Both the position numbers and the translations under genes were made by a program. Below, piece after piece: positions 1-7,478 of a stretch of 64,000 nucleotides of DNA (position 1 is its first letter; the number at the start of each line of letters is the position of its first letter). The notes beneath the pieces were generated by a model, which was not told the origin of the DNA, did no database searches, and saw only the letters and a list, made by a program, of their open reading frames with translations. Source of the DNA: a virus (Duplodnaviria > Caudoviricetes); IMG/VR virus record IMGVR_UViG_3300028833_000068, positions 1-64,000 of that record. One strand, 5' to 3'.

Positions 1-201
1 TGGTCACTCCCCAGAGGAGTCCTTACACGCATCCATTTTTTTTATTTTGTTTAAACAGTACCTTACATTTAATTAAACTACCTTGACAGCAGTCATTGCA
101 AGTCCCATACCAAGGTAAAATACATTTTGTTCCTTTCCACCAAGTACAAATATTGCAAAGTTTTACGAGAAGTTGATTTATTTTTTTGTGGCTTTTTTGT
201 T

Positions 202-429
202 TCATAACTCTGTCTCCAATATATATTTTAATGGTTTTACGGCTTCGTTTGGGATTTGTTTGTTAAGATGTTTAATACGTTTGTCAATATATTTTCCATT
301 AGTAGAATCCTCTATAAATTGTTTCCCACCATTATACCATAATTTATAAATTTTATATTTCATTGTATTATTTATTCTAGTTTTATTAATCCCATTTCTA
401 ACATTTTGTGATGATTTGGGCATAACCAA
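202..429 (-). CDS. hypothetical protein (true start probably the internal Met near 363)
   Basis: ORF track; co-oriented with neighbours; overlaps the end of the HNH gene. Confidence 0.4.
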   Translation of the reverse strand: MVMPKSSQNVRNGINKTRINNTMKYKIYKLWYNGGKQFIEDSTNGKYIDKRIKHLNKQIPNEAVKPLKYILETEL

Positions 430-1106
430 ACTAAATTATTTTCATTATTTATCTCTCCAATTGTTGCATTACTATCGAACTCAAGAATACCTTTTAAATG
501 ATGTACTTCTAATATATCATCGAACTCATGATTATGGCAATATGCGCACACCCTTTCTCTTTTACTCTCTTCTATGGTTTTTCTAGCGTCTCTTCTTATG
601 TCACCACATTTGGTTGTAAGATATTTATGCCCATCAATATATGACCCAAGTGTTCTTTCTTTGATATTATTGCGTTTCTTTTTATCACTACATGTTTTAC
701 AGAGTTTAGAACCTTTGCGTTTTAACCCACCACATACAGGACATACCTCATAACCTTTTTTCTTTTTCTCTCCTAACCAAATGACATTACTAGCTTTACG
801 TTCTCTATGCCTATTATTATACTTCGCAGCACAAGAGTTATTGCAGAAGAAATGTTTGGTTTCACTTTTGTTATACTCACCCTTAAGTATTTTAAACTCT
901 TTACCGCATTCCTCACATTTAACAGTTATATATGAGTTTTCTTTATACCATTCTTTCTGACATTCTTGACAACAGAATTTAGGTAGTATATAACTATTTT
1001 TACTAAGTTCTCGCTTAGTCTTTGTGAACTTTTCCCCACAATGAGCACAGATAAATTCAAATTCATCTGTTGCTTTAGCTTTTTTAATTTCTTCGATATT
1101 ATACAT
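372..1106 (-). CDS. HNH homing endonuclease with N-terminal zinc-ribbon repeats
   Basis: Multiple CxxC pairs; C-terminal CAYC...LEVHHLK...NLVWLCPNHH HNH motif. Confidence 0.85.
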   Translation of the reverse strand: MYNIEEIKKAKATDEFEFICAHCGEKFTKTKRELSKNSYILPKFCCQECQKEWYKENSYITVKCEECGKEFKILKGEYNKSETKHFFCNNSCAAKYNNRHRERKASNVIWLGEKKKKGYEVCPVCGGLKRKGSKLCKTCSDKKKRNNIKERTLGSYIDGHKYLTTKCGDIRRDARKTIEESKRERVCAYCHNHEFDDILEVHHLKGILEFDSNATIGEINNENNLVWLCPNHHKMLEMGLIKLE

Positions 1107-1191
1107 AATTTATTATATTTACATATAAATATCTTCGAAAACCAAAAACTACGCTAAATTCATAGACTTTTTTCAAAAAACTTACATTTCG

Positions 1192-1268
1192 CAGCCCCTA
1201 TCGGATTCGAACCGACCTGTTTGAACACTGTGACAGAGTGACGGACACACCTAGCATCCCCAGAGGCT
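1192..1268 (-). tRNA. tRNA-Asp(GTC)
   Basis: Acceptor AGCCTCT/AGGGGCT, G73, loop CT-GTC-AC, T arm GTCGG TTCGAAT CCGAT. Confidence 0.85.
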
Positions 1269-1283
1269 ATTATTTTTTTTTTG

Positions 1284-1366
1284 AGACGAGGGTGAGATTT
1301 GAACTCACGTGCTTTTCAGCCAAAGGTTTTGCAGACCTAGGTAATTGACCACTCTACCACCTCGTC
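1284..1366 (-). tRNA. tRNA-Cys(GCA) with long variable arm
   Basis: GACGAGG/CCTCGTC, U73, loop CT-GCA-AA, variable hairpin GCT-GAAA-AGC. Confidence 0.9.
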
Positions 1367-1417
1367 ATCTCGTTATTAAAAAATCAAGAGTTGAACCAAC
1401 TTTTTTGAAATTTCAAG

Positions 1418-1490
1418 TGCGACAAGGCGACTCGAACGCTCCTCCTTCAGTTTTTCAGACTGACTTGCAGACCCCTTACACTATTGCCGC
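1418..1490 (-). tRNA. tRNA-Phe(GAA)
   Basis: GCGGCAA/TTGTCGC, TCAGT CT-GAA-AA ACTGA, TTCGAGT T loop. Confidence 0.85.
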
Positions 1491-1507
1491 ATTTTTATTC
1501 CCACATT

Positions 1508-1810
1508 TTATAACTTATCCAAATCATTAACAGTAGCTAACCATTCTTCATTTACATCATCCCAAAATTTACTTCCTTGCTTTGTTTTTCCCCAATTAAA
1601 TGCATGGACAATCCATTCTTTTGGTCTAAGCTCAGCTAACAAATATTTCAATGATAGTATTCCAAATTCCTCTTTAAATTGGTTATTTTTAGATTCTACA
1701 TTATCAATAAATGTTTTGTAAACTTTATATTCGATAAGAAATCTTTGAAAATGCCATTTATATCTTTTTATATCCATATACCATTTTATATTTTGTTGCA
1801 AATATACCAA
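1508..1810 (-). CDS. hypothetical protein
   Basis: ORF track; the annotated start overlaps a promoter motif, so the real start is probably the second Met. Confidence 0.65.
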   Translation of the reverse strand: MVYLQQNIKWYMDIKRYKWHFQRFLIEYKVYKTFIDNVESKNNQFKEEFGILSLKYLLAELRPKEWIVHAFNWGKTKQGSKFWDDVNEEWLATVNDLDKL

Positions 1811-1857
1811 ATTTATTTTAAATCTCCAAATTTATTTAGTTAATTAATCTTAAGCAC

Positions 1858-1902
1858 ATAAAAAAAGCTGCTAAAGACTTTTTTGGAGTTCTTCAACAGC
1901 TT
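1858..1902 (-). terminator. intrinsic terminator, part of a putative attenuator
   Basis: AAGCTGTTGAAGA...TCTTTAGCAGCTT hairpin followed by a U-run. Confidence 0.75.
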
Positions 1903-1950
1903 GGGAAATATATAGTGAAGTAAGTGCCTTCATTTTTTCACATTTTTATA

Positions 1951-2082
1951 CTACGTTTCTATATAGCCCTTAAGCTGCCCTCCAACTTTTGAGTTAGAAT
2001 TAAATACAACGGTATCACTCCATTTACAATCAGTAAATGAACTAGATGTTGTCTTGGCAATATTTTTAATCGTTGTATTCAT
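1951..2082 (-). CDS. putative 43-aa leader peptide (MNTTIKNIAKTTSSSFTDCKWSDTVVFNSNSKVGGQLKGYIET)
   Basis: Hand-translated ATG..TAG ORF whose 3' end is complementary to the downstream terminator's 5' strand. Confidence 0.6.
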   Translation of the reverse strand: MNTTIKNIAKTTSSSFTDCKWSDTVVFNSNSKVGGQLKGYIET

Positions 2083-2195
2083 AATTTAATAGTATTTAAA
2101 ATGTTTGTTTTTTACTTATAATTATATTACTAATCTCAAAAAGTTTTATTTTTTCGATATTTTTTTAAATTTTTTTTATTTTTTCTTGTTTACAA

Positions 2196-2229
2196 TGCAA
2201 AGATATATAAAATTTTCGAGAATTCCAAA
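2196..2229 (-). promoter_or_regulatory. Bacteroidota sigma-A type promoter (TTTG...TAnnTTTG)
   Basis: Minus strand TTTGGAA-N-TATATCTTTGCA; the same motif recurs near 1797, 3565, 7434, 11532, 15154, 15979, 20447, 22021, 23854, 29906, 33383, 36885 and on + near 40457-40490. Confidence 0.8.
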
Positions 2230-2250
2230 TTTTTAAGCAACTTTTTTTCA

Positions 2251-2607
2251 TTAAGCACTTAAAATTACTTCCCAGTCCTCATCAACTTCATTAACTTCTT
2301 CTACTTCCTCTTCGCAATCTGAATCGGTAATTGTTGCTAGATTATTGATAACCTTCTTTGTTCCAACCGCAACAGCATACAATCCACCAACTCCTCTTAA
2401 CTTAATTCGTCTATCACAAGTATATCCTTCAACAACTCCACTTGCCCAACACTTCTCACCAATTTGATTGAGATAACAAAAAGTAATGCCATCACCATCA
2501 ATTGCTTCATATTCCTTGGTTACAGTATTATATAATCTCTTATCCTTAATAACCAAACATCTCTCAACTATTTGGATTACCTTGGAGTTGTCAATTTCAA
2601 TAAACAT
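2251..2607 (-). CDS. hypothetical protein, acidic C-terminus
   Basis: ORF track. Confidence 0.7.
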   Translation of the reverse strand: MFIEIDNSKVIQIVERCLVIKDKRLYNTVTKEYEAIDGDGITFCYLNQIGEKCWASGVVEGYTCDRRIKLRGVGGLYAVAVGTKKVINNLATITDSDCEEEVEEVNEVDEDWEVILSA

Positions 2608-2631
2608 AACAATAATAGTTTTAAAAGTTTG

Positions 2632-2705
2632 TACACCCAGAGGGACTCAAACCCCCAATCTGATGGTTCGTGGCCACCTATTCTATTCAGTTGAACTATG
2701 GGTGC
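2632..2705 (-). tRNA. tRNA-Arg(ACG)
   Basis: GCACCCA/TGGGTGT, GGTGG CC-ACG-AA CCATC; C33; A19/U56. Confidence 0.9.
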
Positions 2706-2711
2706 AAGAAA

Positions 2712-2850
2712 GGAAGCGTAGGTTTATTATGACTATTTTCCTCTACATGGAGAACTGTTACTATTCTTCGCAGTAAAACGCATGTGGTACTTAGCCCTTT
2801 GCCTAGTTTCAGAGTAACATAAATTATTAATCCAACTGCTGTACGCTTCC
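2712..2850 (-). ncRNA. ACAGCA-stem element 1 (structured, non-tRNA cargo)
   Basis: GGAAGCGT-ACAGCAG...ACGCTTCC terminal stem. Confidence 0.7.
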
Positions 2851-2895
2851 GCTAAGAGTTCTATTTGAATTATGAAAAACACACTCAAATTAAAA

Positions 2896-3045
2896 AGGAA
2901 CGACCAATTTTATGTCTTGGCTCGACATTCGCTCCTAAGAGCATAAGCAAGTGCCTCGCAAATATGATTTAACGCTTCTCTTGCTTTCATTTACTGAATC
3001 TAATACAAATGTTTTAAAATAAAGTAAATGTTGCTGTACGTTCCT
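2896..3045 (-). ncRNA. ACAGCA-stem element 2
   Basis: AGGAACG-T-ACAGCAA...CGTTCCT terminal stem; internal CATTTACT/AGTAAATG stem. Confidence 0.7.
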
Positions 3046-3175
3046 ACTGATGCAGCTAGGCGCAACTGGGCTTCCTAGATACACCTTGTGATACCGCTTT
3101 AAACCTCGTGAGCCATTGTTAATGCGCACACGCTCGACTTCCACGAGTATTTACGTCTTTGGTTTATTGCGGTTG

Positions 3176-3249
3176 TGATGAGGGAGGGACTCGAACCCTC
3201 AACCTACAGCTTAGAAGGCTGTTGCTCTGTCCAATTGAGCTACCCCACC
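3176..3249 (-). tRNA. tRNA-Arg(TCT)
   Basis: Canonical cloverleaf, ACAGC CT-TCT-AA GCTGT. Confidence 0.95.
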
Positions 3250-3250
3250 A

Positions 3251-3406
3251 TTATTTCAACGTTTTATCTTTCTTCTCGTCATAGTCATCCCATAGGAATG
3301 GTTCTTTTTCATCAACAATTGGTGCGTGTTTGATTTCATATAGGAATATAGAAATTCCTAATCCCATCATAATGCCAAGTACAATTGCAATAATTTTAAG
3401 AATCAT
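3251..3406 (-). CDS. small single-pass membrane protein (51 aa)
   Basis: Hand-translated MILKIIAIVLGIMMGLGISIFLYEIKHAP...; below the ORF-track cutoff. Confidence 0.6.
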   Translation of the reverse strand: MILKIIAIVLGIMMGLGISIFLYEIKHAPIVDEKEPFLWDDYDEKKDKTLK

Positions 3407-3409
3407 AAC

Positions 3410-3562
3410 TTATTGTTTTTTAAATTCCTTTTCAATTTCTCCATCAAATACCTTTCTATTGTATTCATGAGACTTTTTTTCTTTGGAATTAATCTTACCA
3501 ATCAGTACAATAATGACACCTAGTAAGAAACATATTATCATAAACAATATTAACCTTCCCAT
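3410..3562 (-). CDS. small single-pass membrane protein (50 aa)
   Basis: Hand-translated MGRLILFMIICFLLGVIIVLIGKINSK...; directly downstream of a promoter motif. Confidence 0.55.
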   Translation of the reverse strand: MGRLILFMIICFLLGVIIVLIGKINSKEKKSHEYNRKVFDGEIEKEFKKQ

Positions 3563-3630
3563 AATGCAAATATACCAAAAAATTTTTTAATAACCAAATT
3601 TATTAAGACTTTTTAAGAAAATAATTTGTG

Positions 3631-3718
3631 TGCCCTAGGTAGGACTCAAACCTACACGCTACTATTATTTCGCACTAGATTCTAATTCTAGGATGTCTAT
3701 CAATTCCACCACTAGGGC
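3631..3718 (-). tRNA. tRNA-Leu(TAG)
   Basis: GCCCTAG/CTAGGGC, A73, CTAGA AT-TAG-AA TCTAG, long variable region. Confidence 0.9.
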
Positions 3719-3724
3719 ATTTTC

Positions 3725-3875
3725 GGAAACATTTAATATTCTAATTGCCGTGTTTAGCCACTCCACCACCACATGTTTAATGATTAAGTTGTCATGTGGG
3801 TAGGATTCGAACCTACGAAACCGTTACGGTTAGCAATTCCCTTTTGAACATTTTTATCAATTGCTGTACGTTTCC
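3725..3875 (-). ncRNA. ACAGCA-stem element 3: circularly permuted type-II tRNA-like (YrlA-like)
   Basis: GGAAACGT-ACAGCAA...ATGTTTCC; order is V arm, T arm (GTAGG TTCGAAT CCTAC), CCACATG-linker-CATGTGG, D arm. Confidence 0.85.
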
Positions 3876-3878
3876 TTA

Positions 3879-3960
3879 TGGTAGTGAAGGGGGGACTTGA
3901 ACCCCCATACACCAATTACGGCTTTAACGACTGTATATAAGACAGGACCGATACATCACT
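3879..3960 (-). tRNA. non-canonical tRNA-Ile(TAT)-like, D arm displaced, CCA encoded
   Basis: AGTGATG/CTTCACT-A-CCA, CTGT CT-TAT-AT ACAG, GGGGG TTCAAGT CCCCC; no normal D hairpin. Confidence 0.75.
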
Positions 3961-4168
3961 AGTTTAAAATATTGTTATTCCAATATGGATAATTCTTCTT
4001 TTCAGATTCTGGTGTATCAATAAGTTCATACCTTGCTCCGCAATAAGGACAATGTGCGTTTGTAACCATTGCATCATCGTCTTCTGAAAGTTCTTCCCCA
4101 TTAATTTCGCTTAACATGAAATTTGATTCAAGAATCAAATCATGTTTACATCGCATACATTTTTCCAT
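3959..4168 (-). CDS. small zinc-ribbon protein
   Basis: CxxC...CPYCG. Confidence 0.75.
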   Translation of the reverse strand: MEKCMRCKHDLILESNFMLSEINGEELSEDDDAMVTNAHCPYCGARYELIDTPESEKKNYPYWNNNILN

Positions 4169-4189
4169 ATTGTTAAGTTTTAATTTTAA

Positions 4190-4211
4190 GGGGAACTACG
4201 AAGAGTTCCCC
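4190..4211 (-). terminator. hairpin / putative terminator
   Basis: GGGGAACT-N6-AGTTCCCC after the membrane-protein gene. Confidence 0.55.
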
Positions 4212-4220
4212 ATTTTATTT

Positions 4221-4550
4221 TTATTCGGTTTTCTTTGGTAGGAATATTGGCAAGTTATCGATGAAATTCTTAATGAAAGGAATATCATAGATACCATTAC
4301 TTGCAAGTCCCACTACTGCACAAAGGCAAATCAATGCTAGCCATACTGGTTCTCCAATACATGTAATCAAGCCAAGGAAATAACCTCCTACGGTTAGTGC
4401 AGAACCTGTAATCCATGCGACAAGCTGTGGCCAAAATCCTTCTGTAATGTTAAATTTTCCGTTAATTGCTCCTGCAATCGTAACAGTCAATGAAGCAAGA
4501 ATTGGTGCAAAATACCAAAATGCCTCAGTAAATAATGCTGTTGTAATCAT
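4221..4550 (-). CDS. small multi-pass membrane protein, holin-like
   Basis: About 3 hydrophobic segments, GLASNGIYD motif, basic C-terminus. Confidence 0.6.
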   Translation of the reverse strand: MITTALFTEAFWYFAPILASLTVTIAGAINGKFNITEGFWPQLVAWITGSALTVGGYFLGLITCIGEPVWLALICLCAVVGLASNGIYDIPFIKNFIDNLPIFLPKKTE

Positions 4551-4591
4551 AAATTAGGTTTTTAGTTTTAGTTATTTTAAAAAGTATTTTG

Positions 4592-4663
4592 AGACGATGA
4601 CCAGAATCGAACTGGCGTCCTTTGCATGGCAAGCAAACGCACTAGCCACTGTGCTACACCGTC
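4592..4663 (-). tRNA. tRNA-Gly(GCC)
   Basis: GACGGTG/CATCGTC, U73, TTTGC TT-GCC-AT GCAAA. Confidence 0.9.
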
Positions 4664-4724
4664 AATTAATATCTCTTCCTATTATCCTTTAATGTGTGTC
4701 GAAACACTAATTATTTTCTAAAAG

Positions 4725-4797
4725 AGCGTCATAACAGATTCGAACTGTCTCCTAAACCTTGGAGGGGTCTCATGCTACCATTGAACACCAATGACGC
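4725..4797 (-). tRNA. tRNA-Gly(TCC)
   Basis: GCGTCAT/ATGACGC, U73, AGACC CC-TCC-AA GGTTT; C33. Confidence 0.9.
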
Positions 4798-5006
4798 AAG
4801 TAACTAACTTCGTGATAAATGCCTTAAATAGCGTTTATCTGGTTTGGTATTAGTCTTGAGCTGTTTACCTATTCGCAGCAACCGTTTGTCTAGTCATCTA
4901 GAAGACAAAGGAGAATGTAGACGATTTTGATGACTGACAAACTTGCGGTTTTTTCGCATTAACACCGCCAAAGCTTAAGTCTTATTCTCCTAAATGTTGT
5001 TAATGT

Positions 5007-6023
5007 TTACTGTGCCATTGTAACCTTTGCAGCACGACCTTGTACCTTGTCTACGCCCTTACCTACTGCACTAGCAACTCTAACACCACGATTAACGCTA
5101 AGATATTCAGCAACGGTCTTTGCACGGTCTTCAGAAAGCTTCTGATTAAACTCAGCAGTACCATCCTCAGATGCAGTACCTACAACATCAACGATTGCGT
5201 CATTACCAATGCTATTAAGAATAGTCTTTGCCTCATTACTGAGTTCTGAACTAGCGGTTGCAAATGTAACAATCCATTCTGTGTTATTTACGAATACAGT
5301 AGCGGTATTAGGCTGCGTAATGTGTCTCTCAACAATAACCTCAGTTGGCTTCTTTGCAAGTTCCTCATTCAAACGATTAATCTCGTTCATCATTGCACCA
5401 ACATCATAAGTCTTGAAATGACGTGTACCATTAGAGGTCTTGAAGTGATACTTATAAGTTACCATCAAGCTAAGATTTGCATTGTTGTGGTTAAACTGTA
5501 AGGCACTGCCGTTCTTAAGTCCCCAATAGATTGCTGGAGTCAATACAACTGAATGCTGCTTAGTCTTACCAAAATTAACTGCAAAATCGAAACCAGTCTT
5601 TGCAACAAGGTCATTTCCGCTATGGTCAAAACCATGACGTGCTCCAATACCTAGTACAGCAGATGTCTCAAATGCACGAGGTGTACCCTTATAGCCCAAG
5701 AAGATGTTAGGAAGGTTAAAAGCACCATTCAAGCCAAGACTAATAGACCTAAAGGCAGTCTTTACATCACCAAAATGGTTGTCACCAAGGCTTGTCAAAA
5801 CCTCAAGCTGTGCATCTAACCAAGGAGTGATACCCTTTGTACCAACAAGACCGAAAGTTGTGTTTACTGGGAACACGCTATTCATGTCAAGAGGTGAAGT
5901 TACACCTACGGTTGCTCCAAGGCTAATGTTGTCGAGAACCTTGCTGTTCTCAGTTGCAATCTGTGCATTCGCACCCATCACTACGGCACTAAACAGTGCC
6001 AACATTAAAATCAATTTCTTCAT
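5007..6023 (-). CDS. OmpA-family outer membrane protein
   Basis: Signal peptide, alternating beta-strand region, C-terminal OmpA-like motif GTASEDG...NQKLSEDRAKTVAEYL. Confidence 0.85.
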   Translation of the reverse strand: MKKLILMLALFSAVVMGANAQIATENSKVLDNISLGATVGVTSPLDMNSVFPVNTTFGLVGTKGITPWLDAQLEVLTSLGDNHFGDVKTAFRSISLGLNGAFNLPNIFLGYKGTPRAFETSAVLGIGARHGFDHSGNDLVAKTGFDFAVNFGKTKQHSVVLTPAIYWGLKNGSALQFNHNNANLSLMVTYKYHFKTSNGTRHFKTYDVGAMMNEINRLNEELAKKPTEVIVERHITQPNTATVFVNNTEWIVTFATASSELSNEAKTILNSIGNDAIVDVVGTASEDGTAEFNQKLSEDRAKTVAEYLSVNRGVRVASAVGKGVDKVQGRAAKVTMAQ

Positions 6024-6063
6024 AACAATTTTTTTTTAATTTAATTTTGTTTTTAATTTGTTA

Positions 6064-6372
6064 TTAGAAGGGGAGGTCATCAAGCTCCTTTGCTATTCTG
6101 AGTCTCCACCTATATGTATAATATTTTACGTTAAATTTATAACTAATCTTAAATGACGGTATGTTAACATTAATACCCTTACGTTCAAATGTCTTGACTA
6201 TTAAATCAAAAGCATCTGAACAGTATGGATATGTTGTTTCCACATTAAGCTCTAGTGGTTCTTCATCATCCATCACATTCTTGTTTATACAATCTTGAAT
6301 GTTCCTTATGAAAAATAAACAATACCTAGGAAAATCAATATCCTTTTTTGTTATTTTCTTATATTCAGCCAT
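6064..6372 (-). CDS. hypothetical protein
   Basis: ORF track; DDLPF C-terminus. Confidence 0.7.
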   Translation of the reverse strand: MAEYKKITKKDIDFPRYCLFFIRNIQDCINKNVMDDEEPLELNVETTYPYCSDAFDLIVKTFERKGINVNIPSFKISYKFNVKYYTYRWRLRIAKELDDLPF

Positions 6373-6388
6373 AAATTCTATAAAAAAC

Positions 6389-6491
6389 GGATGCTCTTTT
6401 TGTTTGCTAAACCACTAAGCGACTTTGCCAAACGGCAAGGGTTGGAATCGAACCAACGTAGAAACAGAAGTTTCCATTGCTGTAAGCATCC
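6389..6491 (-). ncRNA. ACAGCA-stem element 4: YrlA-like T-acceptor-D module
   Basis: GGATGCTT-ACAGCAA...GAGCATCC; GTTGG TTCGATT CCAAC, CCTTGCC-GTTT-GGCAAAG, GCTTAGTGGTTTAGC. Confidence 0.85.
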
Positions 6492-6496
6492 TTGTG

Positions 6497-6644
6497 TGGA
6501 CTGTATTGGATTCGAACCAATGTTGCCGATTAGCCGCTTCACATTACATATGAAACATCATTATGTTAATCACCATAATGTGCAAAGGGGTCTCTCCTTT
6601 GTTCCTCCAAGTGCTTCGCTGCATTCCAACTTACTGAACAGTCC
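6497..6644 (-). ncRNA. 148-nt tRNA-like RNA (acceptor and T arm, large internal insert)
   Basis: GGACTGT/ACAGTCC-A, ATTGG TTCGAAT CCAAT; no canonical anticodon arm. Confidence 0.7.
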
Positions 6645-6751
6645 ATTTAATTTATTTTATAAAGAGTTATAGAAACTTATAAAAGCATCTATTTTCTCTT
6701 TCATCATTTCCTTCCCTTTTTCATTGTTTATTTGATTCCATGATAAATTGT

Positions 6752-7123
6752 TTAATACTGTTGTTTGCTTGGAATAACACCCCTTACACCACCACGAGGA
6801 TTATCACAGTCTCCATCGTATCTTGGGATAATGTGGATATGACAGTGTTTAACTGTTTGCCCAGCACTATCCCCACAGTTAGTACCGATGTTATAACCAG
6901 TAGGATGAAACTTATCATCCAGTATCTTTTTCACATCATTCAGTCTAAAACTCAATGATTCCCTCAGCCTATCTGGTAGGTCAAAGAAGGTTTCGTGATG
7001 CTCCTTCGGAATGAGTAGCGTATGTCCAGGGGTTACAGGATAACCATCGTAAACGGCAACCCACTCTGTAGTCTCAAACAGAATTCTACTCTTATCAATA
7101 TTACAAAAAATACAATTATCCAT
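6752..7123 (-). CDS. HIT family nucleotide hydrolase
   Basis: CIFC N-terminus, PGHTLLIPK, GQTVKHCHIHIIPR histidine triad. Confidence 0.95.
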   Translation of the reverse strand: MDNCIFCNIDKSRILFETTEWVAVYDGYPVTPGHTLLIPKEHHETFFDLPDRLRESLSFRLNDVKKILDDKFHPTGYNIGTNCGDSAGQTVKHCHIHIIPRYDGDCDNPRGGVRGVIPSKQQY

Positions 7124-7221
7124 ACTCTAATTTACCGTTTGGGTATTTGTTGAAAAACTCTGTTATAATGTCTCTTATCTCGTCACACATACCTTCTCTT
7201 CCTTCGTATGTGATTTTCTTG

Positions 7222-7297
7222 TGGCACAGACCCGACTCGAACGGGCACAATCCACTTCCCAAAAGTGGGCGGGTACCAATTACCGTTATACTGCGCC
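7222..7297 (-). tRNA. tRNA-Pro(TGG)
   Basis: GGCGCAG/CTGTGCC, CCACT TT-TGG-GA AGTGG, GCCCG TTCGAGT CGGGT. Confidence 0.85.
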
Positions 7298-7305
7298 AAT
7301 TATTC

Positions 7306-7424
7306 GGAAACATCTATCCACTTAGCTATCACGCCAATCTTGGTAGCGTGAGTTGGACTTGAACCAACGACCTTAAAATCCCGAATTTTATACTATATCA
7401 TTTTTTAACTTGCTGTGTGTTTCC
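7306..7424 (-). ncRNA. ACAGCA-stem element 5: circularly permuted tRNA-Pro(CGG)-like
   Basis: GGAAACAC-ACAGCAA...ATGTTTCC; TAAAA TT-CGG-GA TTTTA, AGGTC, T arm, TCACGCT-A-CCA, linker, GGCGTGA, D arm. Confidence 0.85.
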
Positions 7425-7478
7425 TTGTACTTTTGCAAAGATATATAAAATATTTTAAATTTCCAAATTTTTGACGTT

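Noticed and set aside
1-34. GACTCCTCTGGGGAGTGACCA at the window edge, resembling a tRNA 3' end or an interrupted tRNA
   Set aside because: No matching T arm or 5' half found; truncated by the window boundary
7116-7313. 65-aa ORF from the track
   Set aside because: Runs through tRNA-Pro and element 5; at most a short C-terminal part could be coding
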